A DNA stretch of 32,000 nucleotides, taken from positions 960,001 through 992,000 of the forward strand of contig NZ_CP034549.1 of the NCBI RefSeq assembly GCF_003966335.1, in the 5' to 3' direction. The stretch is from Nonlabens ponticola (GTDB lineage: Bacteria; Bacteroidota; Bacteroidia; Flavobacteriales; Flavobacteriaceae). A program made the position numbers and the translations under genes. Positions 18,085-27,408 of the stretch are shown piece after piece. Numbering within the stretch: position 1 is the stretch's first letter; each line of letters starts with the position of its first letter. Below the pieces are notes generated by a model that saw only the letters and a list, made by a program, of their open reading frames with translations, was not told the DNA's origin and did no database searches.

Positions 18085-18588
18085 ATGAATTTAAATAAGT
18101 GGATCATTTACGTATTGAAATCCGCAATAGTTTATTCGATTGTGGTTTCCTTATTCTGGATAATTTATTTTTTCTTGGACTCGTTAGCGGGAAATAATCC
18201 TCAAAATTCTTTTTTGAATTACTTCTATTTGATATGCAGCAGTTTAGCACTATGCATTCTTTGGATTGAAAACTATACTCCGTCATTTCATACCATTTAT
18301 AGAAGTACATTCATCTTGTTATCTGTCGTGCTGATGATATACTCTATTCACCTAGTCTCTGATGGAGCAGGATGTAGGTTTTACCAACACATATCAGACT
18401 TGTCATTGATGATCTATTTGGGTACTGTTTTGATGAGCTTTATACTATTGTACAAATTCATAAGAAAATCTAAGTCTTCAATTCTAGCATGCATATTGCC
18501 TTTATTATTCATTTTAATTGACCTTTACTTGATAAGAGTAAGTTTTACGGCTTTTTGTGAGATGTATTCTTTTGTTCTGCCAGATTAG
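18085..18588 (+). CDS. Hypothetical polytopic membrane protein (AT-rich orphan ORF)
   Basis: About 167 aa with 4-5 hydrophobic segments. I recognise no family. Two 60-nt lines counted by hand give about 32% GC, against about 38-45% in two dnaE lines. Confidence 0.45.
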   Translation: MNLNKWIIYVLKSAIVYSIVVSLFWIIYFFLDSLAGNNPQNSFLNYFYLICSSLALCILWIENYTPSFHTIYRSTFILLSVVLMIYSIHLVSDGAGCRFYQHISDLSLMIYLGTVLMSFILLYKFIRKSKSSILACILPLLFILIDLYLIRVSFTAFCEMYSFVLPD

Positions 18589-18661
18589 TTTCAATTACCT
18601 AATCAAATATCTCTATAAGTAAGCACGATACTATAAACAACGCCATGGCGCAGGCTTTGCT

Positions 18662-18669
18662 TATTTTTG
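18662..18669 (+). promoter_or_regulatory. Candidate Bacteroidota -7 promoter box (TATTTTTG) for trxA
   Basis: It matches TAnnTTTG and lies 25 nt upstream of the trxA ATG. Confidence 0.3.
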
Positions 18670-18693
18670 TTTATAACATTAAAGTAGAATATT

Positions 18694-19014
18694 ATGGCAT
18701 TAGAAATAACAGACGCAAATTTTGAAGAGACCGTACTCAAGAGTGATAAGCCAGTATTGGTGGACTTTTGGGCAGCATGGTGTGGACCATGTCGCATGGT
18801 AGGACCTATCATTGATGAGGTTTCTGAGGAATACACAGATAAAGCCGTTGTAGGCAAAATGGACGTGGATGCAAACCAAGAGTTTGCTGCAAAATATGGA
18901 GTGCGCAACATTCCTACAGTTTTGGTTTTTCAAAATGGTGAGGTTGTAGGACGCCAGGTAGGTGTCGCTCCTAAAAACGCATACACAGACGCATTGGATT
19001 CCTTACTCAACTAG
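18694..19014 (+). CDS. trxA: Thioredoxin
   Basis: 106 aa with the canonical WCGPC active site (VDFWAAWCGPCRM) and the thioredoxin fold signature IPTVLVFQNGE. Confidence 0.97.
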   Translation: MALEITDANFEETVLKSDKPVLVDFWAAWCGPCRMVGPIIDEVSEEYTDKAVVGKMDVDANQEFAAKYGVRNIPTVLVFQNGEVVGRQVGVAPKNAYTDALDSLLN

Positions 19015-19036
19015 AATCTATTATTTATAGCATTGA

Positions 19037-19062
19037 GCCTGTCCATTTGGACGGGCTTTTTT
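19037..19062 (+). terminator. Rho-independent terminator after trxA
   Basis: GCCTGTCC-attt-GGACGGGC followed by TTTTTT. Confidence 0.75.
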
Positions 19063-19119
19063 ATGTGGTAAGATCAAACCTTGACACTCTTTATCAGTAA
19101 AATTGATCGTAGCTATTTT

Positions 19120-19148
19120 GCTTTCGCGAAAGCTGAAACGCCACCATC
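19120..19148 (+). repeat. Palindromic repeat copy 5, extended form, intergenic upstream of the oxidoreductase gene
   Basis: Core at 19120-19133, 7-nt spacer tgaaacg, then CCACCATC at 19141-19148, followed by tccATAACAtaa. Copy 2 has ATAACAacaa at the equivalent place. Confidence 0.95.
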
Positions 19149-19239
19149 TCCATAACATAATTTAACGCATGCTTGCTGGATATTAGCATTGTCCTAGCAA
19201 GGCAGAACGCGCTTACTCTTTATATTGAGAAAAAAAGCG

Positions 19240-20241
19240 ATGAACAAGCAAATATTACTGGTCAATCGACCTAAAGGAAAACCACAGACAAGTGATTTCA
19301 AATTTGAGGAAATTGACAAGCCTACCGCCAGGGATGGTGAGGTATTGCTCAAGACTTTGTACGTGTCTGTCGATCCTTATTTGCGCGGTAGGATGAGAGA
19401 TGAGAAATCATACATTGAACCATTTGAGCTTGACGCGCCTGTAAAATCAAGCATTGTTGCCATAGTTGAGGAAAGCAAGCACGATCAGTATAAAGAAGGT
19501 GATCATCTGGTAGGTATGCTGGATTGGAAGATGTATCAAACCAGCGATGCGAGTGAACTGCGCCCTGCAGATCCTGATCAAGCGCCGTTAAGCGCTTATC
19601 TGGGAATTCTGGGCATGACAGGTCTTACTGCTTATTTTGGGATGACAGATATAGGTGAGCCGCAGGAAGGCGAGACTTTGCTGGTTTCTGGCGCAGCTGG
19701 CGCCGTAGGATCTGTAGCTTCACAGATAGGAAAGATCTATGGGATGAAAGTTATAGGTATAGCAGGAAGCGACGAGAAAATCAACATGATCCAGGAGCAA
19801 TTTGACGTGGACGCAGGTATCAACTATAAATCAACAGATGATATGACGGCTGCGATTAAGGATTCTACTCCAGACGGTATTGATGTGTATTATGATAATG
19901 TAGGTGGCGAGATTCTAGACGCCGCCATGAATAAAATCAATCGCCATGGGCGTGTGATCAATTGTGGTGCGATAGCACTGTATAATGAAACAGGACAACC
20001 TACGGGACCGCGACTTGAAGTCACTCTGGTAAAAAAGAGTGTGAAAATGCAGGGATTTATCGTGAGTAACTATCAAGATCGATTTCAAGAAGGTATCAAG
20101 CAGCTGGCTCAATGGTTACAAGAAGGTAAACTCAAACATGAGGAAACTATTGTAGATGGTTTTGACGAGATACCACAAGCATTCATCGATTTGTTTGATG
20201 GCAAGAATAAAGGGAAAATGGTCGTAAAGGTTGGAGATTGA
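19240..20241 (+). CDS. NADP-dependent oxidoreductase, medium-chain dehydrogenase/reductase family (YncB/CurA/PTGR1-like alkenal/one reductase)
   Basis: It has the Rossmann motif VSGAAGAVGS, LLKTLYVSVDPYLRGRM, and the C-terminal LFDGKNKGKMVVKV typical of this subfamily. I prefer the ATG at 19240. Confidence 0.9.
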   Translation: MNKQILLVNRPKGKPQTSDFKFEEIDKPTARDGEVLLKTLYVSVDPYLRGRMRDEKSYIEPFELDAPVKSSIVAIVEESKHDQYKEGDHLVGMLDWKMYQTSDASELRPADPDQAPLSAYLGILGMTGLTAYFGMTDIGEPQEGETLLVSGAAGAVGSVASQIGKIYGMKVIGIAGSDEKINMIQEQFDVDAGINYKSTDDMTAAIKDSTPDGIDVYYDNVGGEILDAAMNKINRHGRVINCGAIALYNETGQPTGPRLEVTLVKKSVKMQGFIVSNYQDRFQEGIKQLAQWLQEGKLKHEETIVDGFDEIPQAFIDLFDGKNKGKMVVKVGD

Positions 20242-20423
20242 ACATGAACCTGATTCTGAACACGGCTCAACTGGATAAAACTTGAATAGATTGATTCTAG
20301 TATTTAATGTTTATCGTTTCCCATCACAATCAATAAGACGTGCTAGCTATTTTATGAGGTCAAGAGACTGTCAACTTATAATTGTTAACTGATAACTGAA
20401 AACCGATTGCGTATCTTCACTTT

Positions 20424-21350
20424 ATGAATCTGCAAGACGAACTCAATAAAACTCAAGGTTTTCAAAATCTAGCACTACTGGCCAATCAAGTAGTTGAAGG
20501 TTTTATCAGCGGTTTGCACAAATCGCCTTTTCACGGTTTCAGCGCAGAGTTTGCAGAGCACAAGATCTACAATCAAGGTGAGAGCACACGTCATATAGAC
20601 TGGAAGCTTTATGCTAAGACTGATAAATATTATACTAAGAAGTTTGACGAGGAAACCAATTTGCGATGTCATCTTATAATAGATAATAGTGCAAGTATGC
20701 ATTATCCCAAAGTGGATAAACAGCAGCTGGGTAGCCTTAATAAGATAGGGTACGCCTCACTTGCAGCCGCCTGTGTCATGAATATCCTAAAAAAGCAGCG
20801 CGACGCAGTAGGATTAAGTGTTTATAGCAGTGAATACGAATACTACGCCCCAGAAAAAGGAGGCGAGCGTCATCACCAGATGCTGCTGGATCAGCTATCG
20901 CAGATAAGTGTCAATGAAAGCAGTTCATCAACCGACACTTATAAATACCTGCACGAGATTGCTGAAAATCTCAAACGGCGATCACTCGTATTTCTATTCA
21001 CCGATATGTTTCAGGCAGACAAACACGAGGATGAATTGTTTGAGGCCTTGAGGCATCTTAAATACAACAAGCATGATGTAGTTTTATTTCATGTTCATGA
21101 CAGCAATACCGAAGTAAATTTTGACTTTGATAATCGCCCCACTAAGTTTGTTGATGTAGAATCAGGTGAGCATATCAACTTGTATGCGGATAATGTAAAG
21201 GATGCCTATCGAGAAGCCGTCAAAACATATTTTGATAGACTGAGGTTACGTTCTGGACAGTATAGAATAAAATACATGCCGGTCAATATTCAGCAAGATT
21301 TTAATGTGGTACTGACGACGTTTTTATTAGAGCGACAACTCTTTAAATAG
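20424..21350 (+). CDS. DUF58 domain-containing (vWA-like) protein
   Basis: SPFHGFSAEFAEHKIYNQGESTRHIDWKLYAKTDKYYTKKFDEETN...IIDNSASM is the classical DUF58 signature. Confidence 0.85.
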   Translation: MNLQDELNKTQGFQNLALLANQVVEGFISGLHKSPFHGFSAEFAEHKIYNQGESTRHIDWKLYAKTDKYYTKKFDEETNLRCHLIIDNSASMHYPKVDKQQLGSLNKIGYASLAAACVMNILKKQRDAVGLSVYSSEYEYYAPEKGGERHHQMLLDQLSQISVNESSSSTDTYKYLHEIAENLKRRSLVFLFTDMFQADKHEDELFEALRHLKYNKHDVVLFHVHDSNTEVNFDFDNRPTKFVDVESGEHINLYADNVKDAYREAVKTYFDRLRLRSGQYRIKYMPVNIQQDFNVVLTTFLLERQLFK

Positions 21351-21386
21351 AAAAACCGATCTATCAAGATCGGTTTCAATTTTTTG
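21351..21386. terminator. Bidirectional hairpin terminator between convergent genes
   Basis: AAACCGATC-tatcaa-GATCGGTTT, flanked by an A-run upstream and caaTTTTTT downstream. Confidence 0.7.
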
Positions 21387-21399
21387 CAATAACTTAAAT

Positions 21400-21633
21400 C
21401 TAGTTATCGTCAGTTTTAATTTTCTCAACGTTGCCAGCTTCATCATACTTAATTTTAGTTTCAGAGCCGTCAGCATTCTCGATTTTCACCTTGTCTTCTT
21501 TGATCTTGACTTCATCGCCGTTATCGATCATTTCTTGAACTTTTTCATCTTGAGTCTGTTCTTCATCGCGACATGATATAAGTGCTGAACTTAGTGCTAG
21601 GCATAAAAGGGTAAGCTGGAAATACTTTTTCAT
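21400..21633 (-). CDS. Small hypothetical lipoprotein
   Basis: 77 aa with a signal peptide and lipobox (LLCLALSSALISCRDE). The mature part is charged and low in complexity, with repeated KIK/KVK. Confidence 0.55.
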   Translation of the reverse strand: MKKYFQLTLLCLALSSALISCRDEEQTQDEKVQEMIDNGDEVKIKEDKVKIENADGSETKIKYDEAGNVEKIKTDDN

Positions 21634-21714
21634 TATAAATTATTTAGACATCAAATGTATGTTATTGAATTAAGAGAAAGTTTTAATTATCTCTTAATGA
21701 AATTCTTACAAAAT

Positions 21715-21748
21715 AAAAAACCTGTCCTTGGGGCCGGACAGGTTTTTT
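21715..21748. terminator. Bidirectional Rho-independent terminator downstream of the GH13 gene
   Basis: AAAAAA-CCTGTCC-ttggggcc-GGACAGG-TTTTTT. Confidence 0.7.
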
Positions 21749-21869
21749 GTAACCATATAAATATGAAAAGAGTAAAGGTTACTTACAAGCTTAAAAGTGT
21801 TAGGGACTTTTTAAGCTATTGTGAAAATAGCAGCTATTTTAAAGATTTCCAAAAAACCACGTTTAAAAT

Positions 21870-24602
21870 TTATCTTTTGATAAGTTTTAAAGTGCTATTT
21901 GAGTCGCTTTTCTCAATATCAACTATGTAAACGCCTGATGACAAAGAGCTTATGTCATAAGTACTTTGATTACCAGTAATCGATAAAACTTGTTGACCGG
22001 TTACATTATATATAATCAACCTATCGATATCCTGATTAAAAGATATACTACCGCTAGAAGGATTAGGGTACATCGTTATACTATCAATTGATACTACACT
22101 GTCATCAACGGATGCCGTGGTGTCCAGTGGCTGCGTGCTATATACGCGATATCCGCCTGCTTCTAAAGTTATAGGAGCATTAGTGTCAGAAACATTGATG
22201 GTCTCATTATTAAAGTAATCATACCATATTCCAGTCTGTGTAAAATTAGGCGCTACACTTTGTGGGACCACATTAAAGTTAGCAATTGTGACCACGTCAA
22301 ACTCAGGACCATCAAGCGTCACACGCTTGGTCAAATCGCCTAAATCCAGGTTGTTATTTCTAGTGTTAAACGTTTCAGGATATTTCACTTTCAGGCTTAT
22401 CATTTCACTAGTAACGTTATAAAGAGCATTGCGATCTTCATTATCAAGATATCCTTCTTCAAACGGTATAGGCTTTCTGCCTGTACGACCATTCTGATCT
22501 ATGTCTATCTCATATCCTATCTCACCAAATTGCCACAGCATTTTAGGTCCAGGTATACTATAAAGTATTGCAGCGATAGCCTCTTGCCTTTCTATGGCTG
22601 TATCAAGCTCTGACGCGTCATGATTGTTGCGTGTATCGTTACCAAATTCAAGATTCTTCCAAACCATACGTGGTTCGTCGTGACTCTCTGCATAAGCTAC
22701 AAGGTGTTGATCTTGAAAATTACGTGATGTAAAGTAAGATCTGAATACATTAGAGTTTTCAGCATAACCCATACTATTTTGACCGAATTGGGTATTCATA
22801 TTACCCCATAACATAAAGCCATCATTAGCAAGTCTTGTCTCTTCTGGCGCGTCTGATAAATGTTCTAGAATCATATAGATATCATCGTCAGTAGCGGCTA
22901 GGATATCATTTTTATACTCGTTCAAAATATCTACCCGTGACTGGTCATATTGTCCCCATGCACCTACATTTGTGCCAGAATTAGTTTGCGTGAAACCTTT
23001 AGATAAATCCCATCTAAAGCCATCTAATCTATATTCATTGATGAAGTATATAGATGTTTGTTTGACGTACTCTTTGGTCCACGGGCTCTCATGATTAAAG
23101 TCTGTACCTACATTAAAAGGGTGTCTAGGCGTTTGATTTAAATAAGGATTGTCTGGTCCAGCGTTGAAGCCGCTACCATCAGGCCACATTTGTACCAATG
23201 GGCTTTGTCCAAAGGCGTGATTGTAAACTACATCAAGAATTACAGCTATACCTTTAGAGTGTAGCAAATCAACCAGTTCTTTAAATTTTTCTGGCGGGCC
23301 GTACGCTTTATCAATAGCGCCATGAAATTTTGGGTTGTAACCCCAACTATCAGTTCCTTCAAATTCATTAAGTGGCATGAATTCAACAGCGTTGACACCT
23401 AGATCTTCTATGTAATCAATTCGGTCAATAATTGCTTGATAACTATCCTCATCGGAAAAATCTCTTACTAGCAACTCATAGATGACCAGGTTTTCTTGAT
23501 CTGGTCGTTCAAAATCATTAACGGTCCAATTATACTCTTCCTTGTCATAAGTATGTAATGATACGTCACCTTCAGTTTGACCTTCTGGGTATTCTGGAAG
23601 GTTAGGATAATTACCATCCTTGATAAATGGATCACTTCCTGGATCTAGGATAAGGGTGCTAAATGGATCAGCAATTTTAATGTCAAAATCTACTAGATAT
23701 TGATAACCAAAGGTCTCACCACTCTCAAATTCATCAGAAGGAACGGTGATCCAAAAATACTCACCATCTTTTTTCATTTGATACTGAGTGCTCAAGTTCC
23801 AGTCCGTAAAACTACCTATTAAATTGACATCGCTTTTTCCTGGAGCGGCAAGTAAAAATGTCACACTTCCGTCTTCATTTTCGTTGACACCATTTTGCAA
23901 TCCAACAGGTCTGGCCTCATTGACAGTGGCTCCTGGGACAAAAACAGTTATACTATTAGATGCAGTTTCATTTGATGTACTTCCATTCAATTGAATGGTA
24001 TAATCTCCTGTGGTACTAAAAGTATAGCTTTGCGATATGCTACTGCCATTAGCGGTGGCAATAGATATACCGTTTACTAGTAGATCTAAATCTGCACTTG
24101 ACGAGCTACTATCTCCTTCTATGTCTAGGGTGGTACCAGCAGTAATAATCTCATTGTTGTCAGGTGCCGTAATCAAAACATTCAAGCCAGCTTCAAAAAC
24201 AGGTAGGAATATATCTGGTCTTGTTTGTTGCGATGCACTCGCGTTACGTACGACAAGACATATCTCACTTATTACATCATTTGGATTTACTCCGTAAAAA
24301 CTCTCTAGGCTTGAGCCTAAATTAAGTCTATAGATATTGCCTCCTGTATTTACAAACTGCGGCGCTCCACTATTTTGATTAAAATCAGGTACAATGATGT
24401 TTTGCCAGCGCTCACCGTTTACGGTAACACCAGTATAGGCATAAAGCGTACCTGTCTCATTTTCTAGAGCAGTACCCGTCGCGTCAAATACAAGTGTAAC
24501 CTGATCTGTTTGAGTAGGCGTGGATGGTTCTGTAGTTACAGGTTGTTGCGCTTTCGCGAAAGCAAAAACAAATAAACACACTGCAAGTAATCTATATTTC
24601 AT
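21870..24602 (-). CDS. GH13 alpha-amylase family glycoside hydrolase with C-terminal T9SS sorting domain
   Basis: The four GH13 conserved regions are present: VILDVVYNHA, GFRWDLSKG, MILEHL and YAESHDEP. The C-terminal ~80 aa (ITMYPNPSSGSISF...LSSGVYIVDIE...LKLIKR) is a type A Por/T9SS CTD. The signal peptide is MKYRLLAVCLFVFAFAKAQQ. I prefer the ATG at 24602 over the TTG at 24623. Confidence 0.9.
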   Translation of the reverse strand: MKYRLLAVCLFVFAFAKAQQPVTTEPSTPTQTDQVTLVFDATGTALENETGTLYAYTGVTVNGERWQNIIVPDFNQNSGAPQFVNTGGNIYRLNLGSSLESFYGVNPNDVISEICLVVRNASASQQTRPDIFLPVFEAGLNVLITAPDNNEIITAGTTLDIEGDSSSSSADLDLLVNGISIATANGSSISQSYTFSTTGDYTIQLNGSTSNETASNSITVFVPGATVNEARPVGLQNGVNENEDGSVTFLLAAPGKSDVNLIGSFTDWNLSTQYQMKKDGEYFWITVPSDEFESGETFGYQYLVDFDIKIADPFSTLILDPGSDPFIKDGNYPNLPEYPEGQTEGDVSLHTYDKEEYNWTVNDFERPDQENLVIYELLVRDFSDEDSYQAIIDRIDYIEDLGVNAVEFMPLNEFEGTDSWGYNPKFHGAIDKAYGPPEKFKELVDLLHSKGIAVILDVVYNHAFGQSPLVQMWPDGSGFNAGPDNPYLNQTPRHPFNVGTDFNHESPWTKEYVKQTSIYFINEYRLDGFRWDLSKGFTQTNSGTNVGAWGQYDQSRVDILNEYKNDILAATDDDIYMILEHLSDAPEETRLANDGFMLWGNMNTQFGQNSMGYAENSNVFRSYFTSRNFQDQHLVAYAESHDEPRMVWKNLEFGNDTRNNHDASELDTAIERQEAIAAILYSIPGPKMLWQFGEIGYEIDIDQNGRTGRKPIPFEEGYLDNEDRNALYNVTSEMISLKVKYPETFNTRNNNLDLGDLTKRVTLDGPEFDVVTIANFNVVPQSVAPNFTQTGIWYDYFNNETINVSDTNAPITLEAGGYRVYSTQPLDTTASVDDSVVSIDSITMYPNPSSGSISFNQDIDRLIIYNVTGQQVLSITGNQSTYDISSLSSGVYIVDIEKSDSNSTLKLIKR
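24550..24563. repeat. Palindromic repeat copy 6, inside the amylase signal-peptide coding region
   Basis: Exact core GCTTTCGCGAAAGC, translated on the minus strand as AFAKA within VFAFAKAQQ. Confidence 0.95.
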
Positions 24603-24621
24603 AACAAATAAGGTTTTAAGC

Positions 24622-24646
24622 AAAAAAAAGGGCTGCGAACAGCCCT
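24622..24646 (-). terminator. Rho-independent terminator between the susE-like gene and the GH13 gene
   Basis: Read on the minus strand: AGGGCTG-ttcg-CAGCCCT followed by TTTTTTTT. It lies 20 nt after the SusE-like stop. Confidence 0.65.
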
Positions 24647-24665
24647 CTTTAAAGTTTTATTGAAA

Positions 24666-25775
24666 TTATTGAGCAATCAATTCGTAAGAATAATTGCGTG
24701 GAGTACTCAAATCTAAAACTGCTCTATAGCTGCCAGGATTTTCTACAGCTAGATTACCAGCATTAAATTCTAGATCATTATCACCGTCGTCACCTTGACC
24801 AAAGTTTGCAGTTGGGAAGTCCCAAGTTTGCGCTCTGAATTTAAACTCACCAGCTTCCATATCTAGGTTAACACTCCATTGTTTAGAATCTGGATCATAC
24901 GTCATATCCAATTCATCACCCCAACCAGCAGAATTTGTTGGAGTTGTTGCTTGTCCAATGATACCCCATTGACGATCTGCGGCGCTCCAAGTTGCGTCAG
25001 AGAAATCACCATCACCATTAGGATCTGTGTTTACTGTGATGTAATAGTATCCAGGTCCATCAACGCTAAGGTTGCCACCATCTGTACTCAATGAATCATC
25101 GTCGTCACCTTCACCAAAAGCGTCATCAAACGTACGACCTGGAGTGAATTTGAATTCTGGAGATTCATTTGCCATAAAGATAAAGCCTTCATATTCTGTA
25201 CTACCAAATTCTACTGCTTCAAGAAATGGAGTTTCATCATCACCTGGATTCCAGTTGGACCCGTAACCACTAGCTTCTGCATAATTTCCTGGAACATAAA
25301 GTCTAGGTGAATCTGTCGTGTAAGGAGTAACTGGTAAGATTAGAACGTCAGATACTAATGGATCCATGTCATTATCCGCCGTCGTTCCAACAATTCTCAT
25401 GGCTATAACACCTTCAGAGAATGGAGTAAGACCTAACTCTGCAGATAATTCATTAAGTCTTTCAACAGACAAATCTGCGCTATCACCATTAGTTGTTGTT
25501 ACAGTAACTGCATCATCAAAATTATTAGGATCTGCAGATGCCTGCACCTCATAATTAACCGATATTGGAGTGTCAAATGATGGAGTGTTCCATACGAGAC
25601 GCTCGGCAAGATTAGCACGGGTATCAAACGTTAATATATAAGAAGACGCTGCTTGAGATCTAAAGCTCAATTGTGAATCTGGTTGATCTATGAACAATTG
25701 CTCATCATCATCGCTACAGGAGATAGCTGCCGTGATCGCTAGAAAAGACCACAAAAGGATTGAAAACTTTTTCAT
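24666..25775 (-). CDS. SusE/SusF-like outer-membrane starch-binding lipoprotein
   Basis: The lipoprotein signal is MKKFSILLWSFLAITAAISCSDD. A SusE-type N-terminal domain is present (LVWNTPSFDTPISVNYEVQAS), followed by repeated beta-sandwich-like modules ending in FKFRAQTWDF. It sits directly after susD. I prefer the ATG at 25775. Confidence 0.8.
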   Translation of the reverse strand: MKKFSILLWSFLAITAAISCSDDDEQLFIDQPDSQLSFRSQAASSYILTFDTRANLAERLVWNTPSFDTPISVNYEVQASADPNNFDDAVTVTTTNGDSADLSVERLNELSAELGLTPFSEGVIAMRIVGTTADNDMDPLVSDVLILPVTPYTTDSPRLYVPGNYAEASGYGSNWNPGDDETPFLEAVEFGSTEYEGFIFMANESPEFKFTPGRTFDDAFGEGDDDDSLSTDGGNLSVDGPGYYYITVNTDPNGDGDFSDATWSAADRQWGIIGQATTPTNSAGWGDELDMTYDPDSKQWSVNLDMEAGEFKFRAQTWDFPTANFGQGDDGDNDLEFNAGNLAVENPGSYRAVLDLSTPRNYSYELIAQ

Positions 25776-25794
25776 TTTTTTACAGTTTATAATA

Positions 25795-27396
25795 TTAGTA
25801 TCCAGGATTCTGGACAAGATTTGAATTTAAGTTAAGTTCTGTCGTAGGAATAGGAAATAGGTTTCTAAATGCTGGAGTGGTAACACCATTTTGTACGTTT
25901 CCTTTCCATTCCCATACACCATTAGTAGTAAATTGATTGAATCTCTTGAGATCCTGTCTTCTATGTGCTTCCCAGTGCAATTCACGTGATCTCTCATCAA
26001 GAATAAATTCTAGGGACAAGTCATCCTCATCAATTTCATAGTCATCCTCATCATCATCGCCAAAGGCTCTTTCTCTAATAATATTAATGTAATCAACTGC
26101 AGTATCTTCATCACCACCTGCACCTCTTACAACAAGTTCTGCATACATTAAGTAAGCATCAGCAAGCCTAAATACTGGAAAATCAGTGCTCACAAAGGTC
26201 GGATTCACACCAGGTGTGCCATCTAGATTCACATTTTGAAATTTCACAATAGCAAAGCCATCTTGGAAGTCTCCTACATTTTCAATACTCTTGTCTTGAC
26301 CACTGGTGAAGAAATTTGCTCTACCATCTTCTGAATCCTCTTCATCATCGAACAGTTCAACAAATTCTGGAGTCGTTCTAATTCCACCCCAACCAAAGTC
26401 AAGACCATAATCAGCTGGATCCATTTGCCCACCTACTGGAGCATGTGATAGGAACGTGGTACCACCAAAAGTCTGGGTATTGTTACCGTCATAGTTCAGT
26501 GTCCATATAAACTCGTCTTGAGCACCATTTGAATCATTATCTGCTAAGAAAAGGGCTTCATAACCTAGATCTGTGTCAATGCTGTATCCTTGATCTATTA
26601 CAGCGTTTGTAAATCTCAAAGCATCTTCATAACGCTCTTGACCAGTGTATACTTCTGCATTCAAATACAATTTAGCCAGTAACATCTGTGCGGCTGCTTC
26701 ACTTACTCTACCATATTCATCGCCTTTACCGCTAGGTAACTCGTCAACTACGTCCAACAACTCAGATTCTATGTAATTGAAAAGGTCTGTACCTGAAATG
26801 AATTCTGGCAATTCAGAACCATCTTCAGCAGTATCCTCTGTAGTAAAAGGCAATGTGCCGAAGAGGTCAAGTCCATGGTAATAAGAATATGCTCTTAAGA
26901 ATCGTGCATCAGCGACATAGCCGCGCACTATTTCCTGCTCGCCATTTGATAGAGATGATGCAGCGAGTGCGTCCTCATTGGCTTCTCTAATAAATGCATT
27001 TGCAAGGGTTACCTGGTAACTCAATCTTGCAAACATGGCGCCGATAAATTCATTTTCTGGAGTCCACACCTGCCAGTGCAAGTCTTTTATAGTACCATCG
27101 TTCCATGCAATAATTGCCTCGTCCGTAGTAAGTTGCTGTAGTTTCCAATAAAGACGGCTGTAGTTTGAAAAACCACCGTCGATACCTTGGATATCTGCAG
27201 CGCCATCACCACCTTGTTGACCGCCTATAATAAGACCGGCATACAATTTTGCCCATCTACCTTCAAAGTCTTCCAGACTTTCAAGAGCACCCGATGCAGA
27301 AGTGTTTCCTTCCGGCTCTAGTGTTAATGCTTCTTCACACGCAACAAACGTTGCAGCTGCGAAAAACAGGATAATAATTGATTTATATATTTTCAT
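25795..27396 (-). CDS. susD: SusD/RagB family nutrient-binding outer-membrane lipoprotein
   Basis: 533 aa with a lipobox (FVACEE) and TPR-like SusD regions (RFLRAYSYYHGLDLFG, AKLYLNAEVY, ERSRELHWEAHRRQDLKRF). It lies immediately downstream of susC. Confidence 0.92.
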   Translation of the reverse strand: MKIYKSIIILFFAAATFVACEEALTLEPEGNTSASGALESLEDFEGRWAKLYAGLIIGGQQGGDGAADIQGIDGGFSNYSRLYWKLQQLTTDEAIIAWNDGTIKDLHWQVWTPENEFIGAMFARLSYQVTLANAFIREANEDALAASSLSNGEQEIVRGYVADARFLRAYSYYHGLDLFGTLPFTTEDTAEDGSELPEFISGTDLFNYIESELLDVVDELPSGKGDEYGRVSEAAAQMLLAKLYLNAEVYTGQERYEDALRFTNAVIDQGYSIDTDLGYEALFLADNDSNGAQDEFIWTLNYDGNNTQTFGGTTFLSHAPVGGQMDPADYGLDFGWGGIRTTPEFVELFDDEEDSEDGRANFFTSGQDKSIENVGDFQDGFAIVKFQNVNLDGTPGVNPTFVSTDFPVFRLADAYLMYAELVVRGAGGDEDTAVDYINIIRERAFGDDDEDDYEIDEDDLSLEFILDERSRELHWEAHRRQDLKRFNQFTTNGVWEWKGNVQNGVTTPAFRNLFPIPTTELNLNSNLVQNPGY

Positions 27397-27408
27397 TTGC
27401 GTTTTATT

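Noticed and set aside
21655-21930. 91-aa plus-strand ORF
   Set aside because: It runs straight through a strong bidirectional terminator hairpin (21715-21748) and overlaps the 3' end of the amylase gene. It is AT-rich and low in complexity.
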